Below are positions 29,202 to 38,944 of a stretch of DNA of 64,000 bases, piece by piece. Each line of letters opens with the position of its first letter. Positions within the stretch are counted from its first letter, which is position 1. The stretch is from Staphylococcus phage Fi4S2. The notes under the pieces are model-generated. The model had not been told where the DNA came from. It saw only the letters and a program-made list of their open reading frames with translations, and searched no databases. Location of the stretch: the sequence record PV037056.1. One strand, given 5' to 3'. The position numbers were made by a program, and so were the translations under genes.

Positions 29202-29627
29202 TTGTTTTCAAACTTAAAAGACGTTATTCTTAAAGCTTTTTTAGTGGTATTTGTGTCCATGCTAGCACTAGCAGTAGTAAATCATTTAGCATTTATGTTA
29301 GGTCTTAGACCGACATCTATAATAATTTATATACTATTTGGTGTGGTGCTGACTAATACCGTACTCAATTGGTATGATAGAATAGCTAATAATTATGAAG
29401 ACCCTTTACCTAAATACGTAATAGATAAATTAGAGCGTAAAGATAAAGAACTACAAATTATAAAAGAAGCTATTAACAACATAGAAGGAATTAATTTAAC
29501 ACGTTCAGAGATTGAAGTCTTAGCAGAAAAACACCTCCAAGACCAAAAGTCAGGTGGTGATAAGTCAGATGACTCTGCAAGAACTGAAGAAGAAAAGGTT
29601 ATCAGTATCAAAAAAACAAATAAGTAA
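29202..29627 (+). CDS. membrane protein with coiled-coil C-terminus
   Basis: 141 aa, two N-terminal TM segments; first gene of the plus-strand unit. Confidence 0.5.
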   Translation: MFSNLKDVILKAFLVVFVSMLALAVVNHLAFMLGLRPTSIIIYILFGVVLTNTVLNWYDRIANNYEDPLPKYVIDKLERKDKELQIIKEAINNIEGINLTRSEIEVLAEKHLQDQKSGGDKSDDSARTEEEKVISIKKTNK

Positions 29628-29845
29628 TAAAAACATCGTACATTTTAGAAGGTATGATAAAAGACCTACAGACTCTACAAGAGTGTGTTGTGTTTGCGGA
29701 AGACCTCTAACTAAGGTAAATCTAGCTACTGGTCAAGTTATAACAGACGTTGAACATAAACAGATAACTGTAGGCTATGGACTGAAAGTTCATGTATGTT
29801 ACTACATAAAAAGCTGTAAGACTTATCTACGGTGGAAAGGAGACC

Positions 29846-30271
29846 TTGAGGAAAGTGAGAGCTGACCAAATTAGAGACCGTATGCAACAAAAGAAAGCAT
29901 CTTTAGAGGACACAAAAAAAGAAACTATTAGTAACTTTAATAATACTGCTCAAACCTTAACAAAAGCTTTTTTCCAAAAAGTTCAAAATGGTGAGGTAGA
30001 GATAACAGATGTAAATGAATTCCAAAGAATATTTGCTATGTTCCTTCAGATTAATGAACTAGAGAACGGTACAGATGGCACTGGTATGCTACCTCAATTG
30101 TCCGTTTCTCAAAATAGAGCGTTAGACCAAAACATAGAATTTGAGTCTGATGATGAAGGTGAGCAGTATGTAGTGGAATCATCAATTGAAGACATGACAG
30201 AAGAAGATTTAATGAAGATGATAGCACAAAAAGAAGAAGCAATGAATGAAGACAACTATAGACAATTTTAG
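29846..30271 (+). CDS. hypothetical protein upstream of terL (possible small terminase)
   Basis: 141 aa, acidic C-terminus; position only. Confidence 0.4.
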   Translation: MRKVRADQIRDRMQQKKASLEDTKKETISNFNNTAQTLTKAFFQKVQNGEVEITDVNEFQRIFAMFLQINELENGTDGTGMLPQLSVSQNRALDQNIEFESDDEGEQYVVESSIEDMTEEDLMKMIAQKEEAMNEDNYRQF

Positions 30272-30290
30272 ATAAAGAAGGTATATACAT

Positions 30291-30638
30291 ATGGATGGTA
30301 AAGAACTTTTAAAGATTACCAAAGAGACATTCAAGACGGATAATCCTACAAAGGAGCAACTTGATTATGTGTTAACAACGTCTAGGCCTTCGAGTTATAT
30401 TCTAAAACATAGTAAAGTAAAAGGGCATCCGTTGACTTTCTCTATACCAAATAGAGACTCTGCGAATGCCCATTCTCATAGGCCATGGCAAACTCAAATC
30501 GTAAACGACCAGCATCCAAATAAAGCTATAATAAAGGCAAGACAATTGGGGCTCAGTGAGATGGGAGTATGGGAAATGATGTGGTTTGCAGACATGCATA
30601 GCTATGCATCTGCTAAGTGTTTGTATACTTTCCCTAAA
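30291..30638 (+). CDS. terL: large terminase subunit, exon 1
   Basis: Contains the ...KARQLGLSE... segment typical of the terminase ATPase N-terminus. The ORF stops shortly after, and the sequence resumes in the downstream exon. Confidence 0.65.
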
Positions 30639-31922
30639 TAATTGGGGCTATAGTAAGTAATTACTATAGAAAACTCTACTAAAAGGGCAAAGCTGAATAA
30701 TGAATAAGCTGATAAGAGAGCCTAAGTCCTAAAAGGATAGTGGTAATCCCTTCCTAAATTCTTGACATCATAGATTCACTATGCTATGATTAAATCAAGA
30801 TAAATGGCTAACGACTAAATTTACTGGTATCTATTCAAAAGGGAATAAGTAGAACAGTATAAGAAAACTTGTCAATTTAGCTAAAATAGGAGAATTGAAA
30901 ATGACTAAAAGAAAAACCCATGATGAATTTGTAAAAGATGTTTATAATCTAACAGGTGATGAATACACTGTAGTAGGAACCTATACACTAACAAAAAACA
31001 AATTAGAGATGAAACATAATGTTTGTGGTAACACATATGAAGTAAAAGCAAATAACTTTATATGTGGTAAACGATGTCCTGTATGTATGAAAAAGAAAAA
31101 ATACAATACCTCTGAAGATATAAAACAGAGGATAGATGATAAATATCAGGGTCGTTTAGTTATGGTAGGTGACTATGTAGACTTACAGACAAAAACATCT
31201 TTTAAATGTACTATCCACAATACTTATATAGATAGAGCTCCTGGAGTAGTTTTGTCTACTAATACTAACGTATGTAAAGAATGTATAGCAGAAGCTTCTA
31301 GTAAACGACAATTGAGTAATTCCAAGTACATTCAGGATAAGTTAGATAAGTTACACAATGGAGCTATCATAATTATAGGTGATTATAAAGGTAATCATAC
31401 AAAAACTCTTTTTAAGTGCTTAGACTGTACCAAAGAGTTTGATGCAGAGCCTAATTCTGTTACTAGAATAAGTGGATGTCCAAGATGCAAATTATCAAAA
31501 GGTGAAAAAGAAATATCTTCAATTCTTAACTCTTTAAATGTGTCATATATACCTCAAAAGACTTTTGATGATTGCATATACAAAAGAAAGTTACCTTTTG
31601 ATTTTTATATAGAGAGTGCAAATTTACTAATTGAATATGATGGTTTACAACATAGTAAGCCTATAGAGTACTTCGGTGGAGAAGAAGCCTATAAAAAGCA
31701 AGTTATTAAGGATTCTATAAAAACCAAGTATGCTACTGATAATAATATCAAGTTAGTGAGATTTAATTACAATACTCCTAAGACAGAAATGAAGAAAACT
31801 ATTGTAAAACTTATTGACAAGAAGTAATGTAGAGAATCCTTAACCTAAACTAAGGATTATGAGATAGTCTAGTCCCACTCTTAAATGAGTGTTAAAGTAT
31901 CACGAAAGTGAGGGTATAATCG
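30639..31922 (+). mobile_element. group I intron in terL
   Basis: P7 strands AACGACTAAAT (~30820) and GATAGTCTAG (~31875) flank an endonuclease ORF. The segment 30709-30750 is ~95% identical to the inverted intron copy at 11235-11277. Confidence 0.65.
30895..31827 (+). CDS. intron-encoded endonuclease: multi-CxxC zinc-finger N-terminus + PD-(D/E)xK (DUF559/Vsr-like) C-terminus
   Basis: Repeated C..C motifs (CGNTYEV, CPVCM, CKEC, CPRC), then PFDFYIE...LIEYDGLQH...D..K..KLVRF, the DUF559-type nuclease signature. Confidence 0.7.
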   Translation: MKMTKRKTHDEFVKDVYNLTGDEYTVVGTYTLTKNKLEMKHNVCGNTYEVKANNFICGKRCPVCMKKKKYNTSEDIKQRIDDKYQGRLVMVGDYVDLQTKTSFKCTIHNTYIDRAPGVVLSTNTNVCKECIAEASSKRQLSNSKYIQDKLDKLHNGAIIIIGDYKGNHTKTLFKCLDCTKEFDAEPNSVTRISGCPRCKLSKGEKEISSILNSLNVSYIPQKTFDDCIYKRKLPFDFYIESANLLIEYDGLQHSKPIEYFGGEEAYKKQVIKDSIKTKYATDNNIKLVRFNYNTPKTEMKKTIVKLIDKK

Positions 31923-33431
31923 ACAAATAGACAAATGAAGGAGTTTGTTCAAACTAGGTTAGACCCTACCCTTGACCAACCTTACTTTAAAAGTATCGTA
32001 GATAAAGATTATAACTCAGTACAATTGAAAAGGTTTAGAAATTCAAGCTTGTTTTTCCGTACTAGTAGTAAACCAGGAAGTGTAGAGGGTGTCGACATTG
32101 ACTTTTTATCCCTCGATGAGTACGATAGAATTAATAAACTAGCAGAAGCTTCAGCAGAGGAATCAATGTCAAGTTCTAAATTTGGAGTAAAAAGACGGTG
32201 GTCAACACCTTCTGCTCCTAATACAGGAATACATCGTTTGTTTGAAGCATCAGACCAACACCAATACTTACACAAGTGCGACAAATGTAACCACTGGAAT
32301 CAAATGAGCTATGAGGATTACGATTCTAGTTCCGTTGAAGCAGGAGGAAATATCCTCTGTGTTAACCCTGATGGAGTTGATAGATTAAGTCAAACAGTAG
32401 TAGATGGAACCTTCCAATATGTCTGTCAGAAATGTGGTAAACCACTAGACCGATGGTATAATGGTGAGTGGGTTGCTAAGTATCCTGAGCGCACTAAAGA
32501 TGGTGGAGGCATTAGAGGATACTCAATTTCTCAGATGAATGCTGTGTGGATAACAGCCGATGACTTAAAACGTAAAGAATTAGCTACACCAAGTAAGCAA
32601 GCCTTCTACAACTACATGCTAGGATTCCCTTATGAAGATGCTAGCTTAACAGTATTAGAGGAAGACGTGTTTGATAACTATGCAGAAAACTTGTTAACAC
32701 AAAAGCATGACCGTAAAGGTTATAAATACATATCATGTTCTGTGGATTGGGGTAGAACACATTATTGTACTGTACATGGCATGACAGAATCAGGAGAAGT
32801 TCATTTAATAAGACTATTCTCCATCCCTGAAGTTAGAGACCCTAAACAGATAGGTATGGATGTTCAACAAATTATTATAGAATTTTCTAAGTACAAACCT
32901 GACATTGTTATGGCTGATAAGGGAGATAGTGGTGACAAAGTACTAAAACTAATCAACCACTTTGGTGAAGGTAGAGTTTTTTCTTGTGAATATAAATCAG
33001 CACCTAAATCTACAGGAGAATTTGTACCTCAAGTAAATGCCAATCAACATAACATGAAAGTAGATAAGTTAACTCAAAATAAGATTTATATAGATGCATT
33101 AAAATCAGGTTATATAAAAACTTATAAAATCATAGATGAGGACTTAAAGAAATATTTAGTACATTGGAAAAATGTAGTTATAAGAGATGAAGAAGATGAG
33201 ACTAATGGTGGTTTTTACCAAACAATATCTCGTAAAGGAGATGACCATTATAGCCAAGCTTCAGTAATTGGCTATATAGGATTAAAACGTCTACAACTTC
33301 TTAACAGTGGCGCAGGAAATGAATTTGGTTCTACATTCATTAGCACACTGAATCCTGAAGCTCCTAAAGGTGGTATGGATAATGAAAAAGATGTATCATC
33401 ATTATTACAAGACATTTATAAGAAGGATTAG
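31923..33431 (+). CDS. terL: large terminase subunit, exon 2 (ATPase Walker B + nuclease domain)
   Basis: IDFLSLDEY Walker B-like motif and a C-terminal RNaseH-like nuclease region. In frame from 31923 after a TAA at 31917. Confidence 0.8.
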   Translation, partial: TNRQMKEFVQTRLDPTLDQPYFKSIVDKDYNSVQLKRFRNSSLFFRTSSKPGSVEGVDIDFLSLDEYDRINKLAEASAEESMSSSKFGVKRRWSTPSAPNTGIHRLFEASDQHQYLHKCDKCNHWNQMSYEDYDSSSVEAGGNILCVNPDGVDRLSQTVVDGTFQYVCQKCGKPLDRWYNGEWVAKYPERTKDGGGIRGYSISQMNAVWITADDLKRKELATPSKQAFYNYMLGFPYEDASLTVLEEDVFDNYAENLLTQKHDRKGYKYISCSVDWGRTHYCTVHGMTESGEVHLIRLFSIPEVRDPKQIGMDVQQIIIEFSKYKPDIVMADKGDSGDKVLKLINHFGEGRVFSCEYKSAPKSTGEFVPQVNANQHNMKVDKLTQNKIYIDALKSGYIKTYKIIDEDLKKYLVHWKNVVIRDEEDETNGGFYQTISRKGDDHYSQASVIGYIGLKRLQLLNSGAGNEFGSTFISTLNPEAPKGGMDNEKDVSSLLQDIYKKD

Positions 33432-33434
33432 CCT

Positions 33435-33620
33435 ATGCTAGTTCTTCTTAATATTACTACAGAGGAAATTGTTGCTATTGCACTTTATGCTACAATCCTA
33501 TGCTTGTATGTTATACTATCTATTAGAAAAGAAATGAAGAGACTCTATTACCAAGAAGTAATTTTAGAGGCTAAAATTAGGATAGATAAAATACTTAATA
33601 AGCATGGTGATAATAAATGA
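33435..33620 (+). CDS. small membrane protein
   Basis: 61 aa, one TM segment. Confidence 0.4.
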   Translation: MLVLLNITTEEIVAIALYATILCLYVILSIRKEMKRLYYQEVILEAKIRIDKILNKHGDNK

Positions 33621-34123
33621 CAAAAATAAACAAGAATGATACAATAATGGATTTAATTAGACATGATTTACCTTTATCAAAAACTTTGGAATCTCCTACA
33701 AAAGAAGAAACGACTGAAGGTTCTCATAAAGTAGCTGAAATCTTAGCTCCTATTATCAGAGAGATGTATTATACATATGAATTTAGAAAGTTCACACCTC
33801 AAGAAGGGGATAAAGAAAGTGCACACTCTTTAACTTTTAAAATTACAGGACGTAATGAAGATAGATTTATTGCACTTGCTAAGCTATTTAAAATATTTAG
33901 TGACTATAGGTTAAGCCCTATTGAAGCATCTAAAGTGTTTAGAGAGGAATATGTAGACCAAGGTAAGGTTATGGAATTAGGAGAAGGGGTTGTAGTAACT
34001 AAACTATACTTTACTAATCCTATGGAATCTCCTGACCTTACACTTATCATTGACTACACAGACCAAGAAACATATGATGAGCTAATGCGTATTAGAAAAG
34101 AAGTAGAAGAAAGTTTAAAATAG
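33617..34123 (+). CDS. hypothetical protein
   Basis: 168-aa ORF overlapping the previous stop. Confidence 0.5.
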   Translation: MTKINKNDTIMDLIRHDLPLSKTLESPTKEETTEGSHKVAEILAPIIREMYYTYEFRKFTPQEGDKESAHSLTFKITGRNEDRFIALAKLFKIFSDYRLSPIEASKVFREEYVDQGKVMELGEGVVVTKLYFTNPMESPDLTLIIDYTDQETYDELMRIRKEVEESLK

Positions 34124-34126
34124 GGG

Positions 34127-34155
34127 TTGCAAAAATAACAAACTTATGTTATATT
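34127..34155 (+). promoter_or_regulatory. sigma-A-like promoter
   Basis: TTGCAA - 17 nt - TATATT. Confidence 0.5.
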
Positions 34156-35183
34156 AAATATAGAAAAGTAGTTTCCATCTAATCAACGCTCTAACCGCTA
34201 ATTAGAGATTATTTATTGGTCACTCAGAGGACTCTAGTATACTATAAGTATATGTGGAGTTCTTTCAATTCCACTTATAGCATAAAAAACTGGTTACATA
34301 AGTGCTATTATGTAATCTGTATATCCCACAAAGTTTAGTGGTTTTTAGAGGGTATACTCCTATAGTAGTAAGTTAAAGTTAGCTACTCTAGCTTATGTAA
34401 ACCTATGGAGAGTTCTATAGGGAACATCTTATATAGTTGCTGAACACGTGCTGTGACTATCCTGTTATCAAAAAACTTATCTTACCATCTGAGGTTACAG
34501 GTTTCATGATGGGACTGTTTTTCGTGGTACCCGTCCCGTTTTCCAGTATAAAACAATAACCGATAAGTGACGGGAGATATTGCTAGGTTCATACCACTTG
34601 AGTTGCTTCGAGTGAGCCTAGCGGAATTACCACCATACGCTTACACTAGCCTATGGTGGAGATATAAGTACCTTGTAACTAAACCATATGAGAGTTGGCT
34701 GGTGTCGGGTCGCTACTTGCTGGCATTGACCCCTTATGACATTTCAGAAAGTTACTAAAAAACACTAGTTAGAACGTATGCTAACTAGGACTGTAATAGT
34801 CGATAGGAAGTTTAAAGGGTTTCACCTATCAAACTCATTTCTACCCGTAATTGAGGATAAATAAAGTACGTGTCGTCTTACTGGCGTGAGCAGTTACACG
34901 CGATAACTCAACGTGTTTAAATAAAGAGTGAACTTGTGGGTAGAACAGTGATGATAAACCCTCCGTCTATGTAAAAGACGTAAAACACAACCCCGTAGGT
35001 GGTTCGTAACCTTCCGTTGTGCTTAGGGTTGTGCCGAACAACTGCGTATGTATTGTAGTGACATCGAACCAATAATCTACAAATAGCTAAATGGAGCACA
35101 CTTTGTGTGTTTCTATAAGCGTCCTGTGACTCGACCCTCGGGGCGTTTATAGAAGTATACAAAATTAGAAGGGTCGAGATAGT

Positions 35184-35747
35184 ATGGAAAAAGAGATTTG
35201 GAAAGACATACCAGGTTATGAAGGTCTGTATCAAGCAAGCTCATTAGGTCGTATTAGAAGCTTAGACAGAAAATTAGTTACCAAAAATGGAAGTGTTAAG
35301 ATTATTAAAGGTTTAATTAAGAAGCCTTCTATAGACAAAAATAATCGGTTTACAGTAGGGCTAAGCAAAAAAGGTAAAAGGAAATCATTTACCGTTCATA
35401 AAATAATTGCGCTAACATTTATTGGAGAAAGACCTGAAGGTTATGAAGTTTGCCATATAGATGGAAATAATCAAAATAACAAGCTAGGCAATATTAGGTA
35501 CGATACACATAGTCAAAATGAGATTGACAGGTATAGATATGGGGATAAAACTCCATCAGGTAAACTAACTATTAGAGATGTTTTAGAAGTAAGAAATCTA
35601 TATGCTACAGGAAAGTATAATCAAAAAGAACTATCTAGAAAGTTTAAAGTAAATCAAAAAAGCATATGCTATATTGTTAATCGTTCATCATTTTCTTGGT
35701 TAAATGATGATGGTTCTATTATTGAATCAGATACAACGATAAGTTAA
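35184..35747 (+). CDS. HNH homing endonuclease (NUMOD4 + HNH_3; I-HmuI-like)
   Basis: WKDIPGYEGLYQASSLGRIRSL is a NUMOD4 motif. The HNH motif is CHIDGNNQNN..NL..THSQN. Confidence 0.8.
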   Translation: MEKEIWKDIPGYEGLYQASSLGRIRSLDRKLVTKNGSVKIIKGLIKKPSIDKNNRFTVGLSKKGKRKSFTVHKIIALTFIGERPEGYEVCHIDGNNQNNKLGNIRYDTHSQNEIDRYRYGDKTPSGKLTIRDVLEVRNLYATGKYNQKELSRKFKVNQKSICYIVNRSSFSWLNDDGSIIESDTTIS

Positions 35748-36378
35748 TTATCAGACATACGAGAGATACCGTATGTTGCCTGGCAGAGGCTTTATATCTG
35801 ACTGTTGGTCTCGACTGGTGACTCCTTCCAGTCCAGTATCTAATTCACACAGAGCCTTAGCGCTCATCTAAATTTCCGTGGTTCTGACTGGTGCGCACTG
35901 GTCTTTACTGAAAACTTAGGGTTTCCCTGTACTAGCGTTAGTATCGGTTAAGCGTTAGATAAGGTGAACCGTACCTACTTTCCAAATAGGGATAACTCAA
36001 AATTAGATAGCAACTTGAGAGTGAAATAAGTCGGACAGCTTTATATTCAGAAGAAGTGTCAGAGAATATAAAGTTATGGCTTGAGATACCGAGCCTTGAT
36101 TATTAGGTATCCGACACTTGGCGTGTAACCTAAGTTTATGGTTAGATGGGTTACAACATAAGGAAGCTGATTTTCTCTGTATAGCTTAGAGGAACTCCAT
36201 AAGACAGCCAAACCACTGTATATTCAGTTACTATGACAAAGCTATATGAGGTAAACTCTTATATAGCTCCCTGTTATAGTGCATACACGCAGTGACGAGC
36301 GTTTCAACATCAAGGATACTCATACAATTGTCGTAAAATAATATTAACCGTAATCTAAGTACGGGAGCCTTGATGGGA

Positions 36379-36412
36379 CACCTATTAATTAAAATAGGTG
36401 TTTTTTTTTTGT
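36379..36412 (+). terminator. intrinsic terminator
   Basis: CACCTATTAATTAAAATAGGTG followed by T11. Confidence 0.75.
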
Positions 36413-36446
36413 TGACATTAATTTTTTAGTATGCTACAATAAATAC
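36411..36446 (+). promoter_or_regulatory. sigma-A-like promoter
   Basis: TTGACA - 17 nt - TACAAT. Confidence 0.55.
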
Positions 36447-36472
36447 ATAGAAAAAATAAAGGAGAATCAATA

Positions 36473-36856
36473 ATGAAGAAATTAATTATTGTAGCTATTT
36501 TAAGTGTATTTTTATTAGGAGCCTGTTCTCAATCAGACAGAGTAAGTGATAATCTATCTAAGGAATCTGACAATTTCAATACAGTAAGAAAGGTAACTGT
36601 TATTAACGCTATAAAACAAGATGTTATTTTCCAAATGTCAGGTAGAATGTCTATTAAAGCAGATAAAGAAGATAATCAACTTGAAGTTGTAGTAGAGAAG
36701 AAAAAAGGACAGTATCAAAAACATATTATAGGTCTTTCTGATAATGTCTCTTATGTAGTAGAGGATGTAACAACTAAGAATGTAAGTAACTATCAATATG
36801 AAATTAACTACAATCCTAAAATGTGGATTCCTGCTAAACCTGATTATAAAGATTAG
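36473..36856 (+). CDS. lipoprotein
   Basis: Signal peptide with a lipobox LLGAC; RBS AAGGAG. Confidence 0.7.
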   Translation: MKKLIIVAILSVFLLGACSQSDRVSDNLSKESDNFNTVRKVTVINAIKQDVIFQMSGRMSIKADKEDNQLEVVVEKKKGQYQKHIIGLSDNVSYVVEDVTTKNVSNYQYEINYNPKMWIPAKPDYKD

Positions 36857-36862
36857 AATTAA

Positions 36863-36888
36863 AACACCTATTAAGGTGTTTTTTTTGA
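36863..36888 (+). terminator. intrinsic terminator
   Basis: ACACCTATTAAGGTGT followed by T8. Confidence 0.7.
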
Positions 36889-36940
36889 CATTTATAGATA
36901 AGTATGATAAGGTATTAATATACAATAAGGAGGAGATTGA

Positions 36941-37399
36941 ATGCGCAATATAGTAACAAGAGGTAGGTTATATGAATTATTTATGGAAGATAGTGAGAGA
37001 AGTAAACTTAATAAAGGTGATTTTATAGCTAAAATGCCTAGTATTAGCCATGACAAGGAAGAAAAAGGCATTAAGTTTTATTTCAACTTTACTAAAGATA
37101 ACAATAATAGTGATTTTGATTCATTTACTATCTTAGTAACTCCTGATAGAGAATATCTAGAAAAAGACAGTATAGAACTAGCACTTATAGGTATGAAACC
37201 AGGAGTAGTATTTAAAAAAGTAAACAATGATTTTGATACATTCTTTAAAACGTTTATTCAATTAAGAGATGAATATATAGAGTTTAAAGGTGAATTTAAA
37301 GAATCAAACAAAGAAAAAATAAAAATAAGTAGAGAAGTAGAAGAATTAAGGAATCAAGAAATGAAAGCTATGAAGGATTCTTTAAATAAATATGTATAA
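36941..37399 (+). CDS. hypothetical protein
   Basis: 152 aa; RBS AAGGAGG. Confidence 0.55.
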   Translation: MRNIVTRGRLYELFMEDSERSKLNKGDFIAKMPSISHDKEEKGIKFYFNFTKDNNNSDFDSFTILVTPDREYLEKDSIELALIGMKPGVVFKKVNNDFDTFFKTFIQLRDEYIEFKGEFKESNKEKIKISREVEELRNQEMKAMKDSLNKYV

Positions 37400-37411
37400 A
37401 TTAGGAGGACT

Positions 37412-37606
37412 ATGAAGATGAGAATATTTTTTAGCGGAGCTTTTACAGCTATCGTAATTTACTTTATATTAAAAGTTTTATTGTTGTTATCAGGTATGAA
37501 TATAGATGAGTTAAAAGGCAATGAGTTGTATACTACTAACTGTATTTTAGTTATGGCATTTATTTGTGGTGCAGTAAGTCAAGCTATAAAGCAGATAAAG
37601 GAGTGA
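37412..37606 (+). CDS. small membrane protein
   Basis: 64 aa, two TM segments; RBS AGGAGG. Confidence 0.45.
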   Translation: MKMRIFFSGAFTAIVIYFILKVLLLLSGMNIDELKGNELYTTNCILVMAFICGAVSQAIKQIKE

Positions 37607-37612
37607 TAAAGT

Positions 37613-38314
37613 ATGGCTATTTATGTAATTCCTGACATACACGGGGAATATAATAAACTAGTAACACTGATGGGTAAAATTAATAAAGAAAGAAGACCCG
37701 AAGATACTATCGTATTTCTAGGTGACTATATAGATAGAGGTAAAAGGTCTAAGGATGTTATAAACTACGTGTTTGAGTTAGTATCTAACGATGATGACAT
37801 TATACCATTATTAGGAAATCATGATGATGCATTTTGGCATTGTATACAAAATATTGATAAACTGGACATATACACTGTTGAATGGCTTTCACGATACTGT
37901 ATAGAAACACTAGAGTCATATGGGATTGACACAACATCGTTAAAGAGCTTCGAGTTAAACCAAACTGAGTTTTGTAGAGAACACTTTGATAGCCTGATTA
38001 CAGAAATTAAATCTTTTAAAGAGTCAGAGGACTATAGGAAGTTTAATATATTAATGCATAATTGCGCTGTTATCTATAAACAAGATAAATATGAGTTTAC
38101 GCATTCAGGTGGAGTTAGTTGGAACCATGCTAAAAACCAAACCAAAGACCAGCTACTATGGTCTAGAGATTTTCAGCCTAGAAAAGATGGACTCATTCAC
38201 GTATGTGGTCATACACCTACAAAAAGTGGAGAAGTAGAGGAACTAAATGACATGCTACTATGTGATGTTGGCGTAGTGTTTAGAGAAATAGAATTCCCAT
38301 TAATAAAACTTTAA
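37613..38314 (+). CDS. Ser/Thr protein phosphatase (PPP-family metallophosphoesterase)
   Basis: DIHGE, GDYIDRG and GNHD motifs. Confidence 0.8.
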   Translation: MAIYVIPDIHGEYNKLVTLMGKINKERRPEDTIVFLGDYIDRGKRSKDVINYVFELVSNDDDIIPLLGNHDDAFWHCIQNIDKLDIYTVEWLSRYCIETLESYGIDTTSLKSFELNQTEFCREHFDSLITEIKSFKESEDYRKFNILMHNCAVIYKQDKYEFTHSGGVSWNHAKNQTKDQLLWSRDFQPRKDGLIHVCGHTPTKSGEVEELNDMLLCDVGVVFREIEFPLIKL

Positions 38315-38318
38315 TCAA

Positions 38319-38348
38319 TCACCTATCTTAACTGATAGGTGATTTTTA
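38319..38348 (+). terminator. intrinsic terminator
   Basis: TCACCTATCTTAACTGATAGGTGA followed by T5. Confidence 0.65.
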
Positions 38349-38417
38349 GTTAATGTTGTTGCATACGGTCTATATGTGATATAATAAAAAGAAAAGAAAG
38401 AAATTTGGTGAACAAAA

Positions 38418-38645
38418 ATGATAACAATACAACGATTTAACAATATACTTGATGAAGCTATCATAGATAGTGTAACTTTAAAAGACATAGAGGTAGATGG
38501 TAAAGTCTATCCTGCAATTATAAATGAACCTGATAGCAAAGTAACTTTTCTAGAACTATCAGGAAATGACTACAAGCCTAGCGTTATGGTTTATATGTAT
38601 AGAGGTAATTTAATGACAGTACCTTGTAAACTTGAAACTTTTTAA
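38418..38645 (+). CDS. hypothetical protein
   Basis: 75 aa. Confidence 0.45.
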   Translation: MITIQRFNNILDEAIIDSVTLKDIEVDGKVYPAIINEPDSKVTFLELSGNDYKPSVMVYMYRGNLMTVPCKLETF

Positions 38646-38654
38646 ATAAAATAG

Positions 38655-38684
38655 TTGACATTACCTATATTAAAGTGATAGACT
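38655..38684 (+). promoter_or_regulatory. sigma-A-like promoter
   Basis: TTGACA - 18 nt - TAGACT. Confidence 0.45.
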
Positions 38685-38712
38685 ATATTTATATTAAAGG
38701 AAGGGTGATAGT

Positions 38713-38943
38713 ATGAACAAGCTTAATAGATGGATTAACGATAAAGTTATGAAAAAAGAGTATAAAACTTATGAAGTTCATATACAGCATAACTTTAAAG
38801 AACCTTATAAGTCTTATGAGTTTTTTATAGAGGAAAAAGCTAAAAGCAAGCAAGAAGCAGTAGAAAATGTAAAAAGATTTATTAGTAAACATGCTAATCC
38901 AGGAGATAATTATAAAGTAGTCAAAGCCAAAAGGGTGAAGTAA
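38713..38943 (+). CDS. small basic protein
   Basis: 76 aa, K-rich; RBS AAAGGAAGGG. The stop lies 1 nt from the next start. Confidence 0.5.
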   Translation: MNKLNRWINDKVMKKEYKTYEVHIQHNFKEPYKSYEFFIEEKAKSKQEAVENVKRFISKHANPGDNYKVVKAKRVK

Positions 38944-38944
38944 T

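Larger units (their letters stand above)
34162..36412 (+). ncRNA. candidate large structured RNA locus (5' ~1.0 kb and 3' ~0.65 kb noncoding parts flanking an HNH gene)
   Basis: About 2.2 kb runs from promoter to terminator with no RBS-led ORF other than the HNH gene. GC is visibly higher than the surroundings and there are many local stem-loops. It ends at a strong terminator. Confidence 0.35.

Noticed and set aside
29554-29865. ORF 29554-29865
   Set aside because: It overlaps the end of the 29202-29627 gene in another frame and has no RBS. It is kept out of the feature list.
34567-35234. ORFs 34567-34758 (+) and 34917-35234 (-) inside the candidate RNA locus
   Set aside because: They have no RBS and odd composition, and they lie in GC-rich structured noncoding sequence. 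They are more likely chance ORFs in an RNA element.
34162-36412. Group II intron, RNase P or tmRNA identity for the large RNA locus
   Set aside because: No GUGYG 5' end, domain V consensus, tmRNA tag-peptide/tRNA-like end or RNase P P4 consensus could be recognised by eye. The identity is left open rather than asserted.
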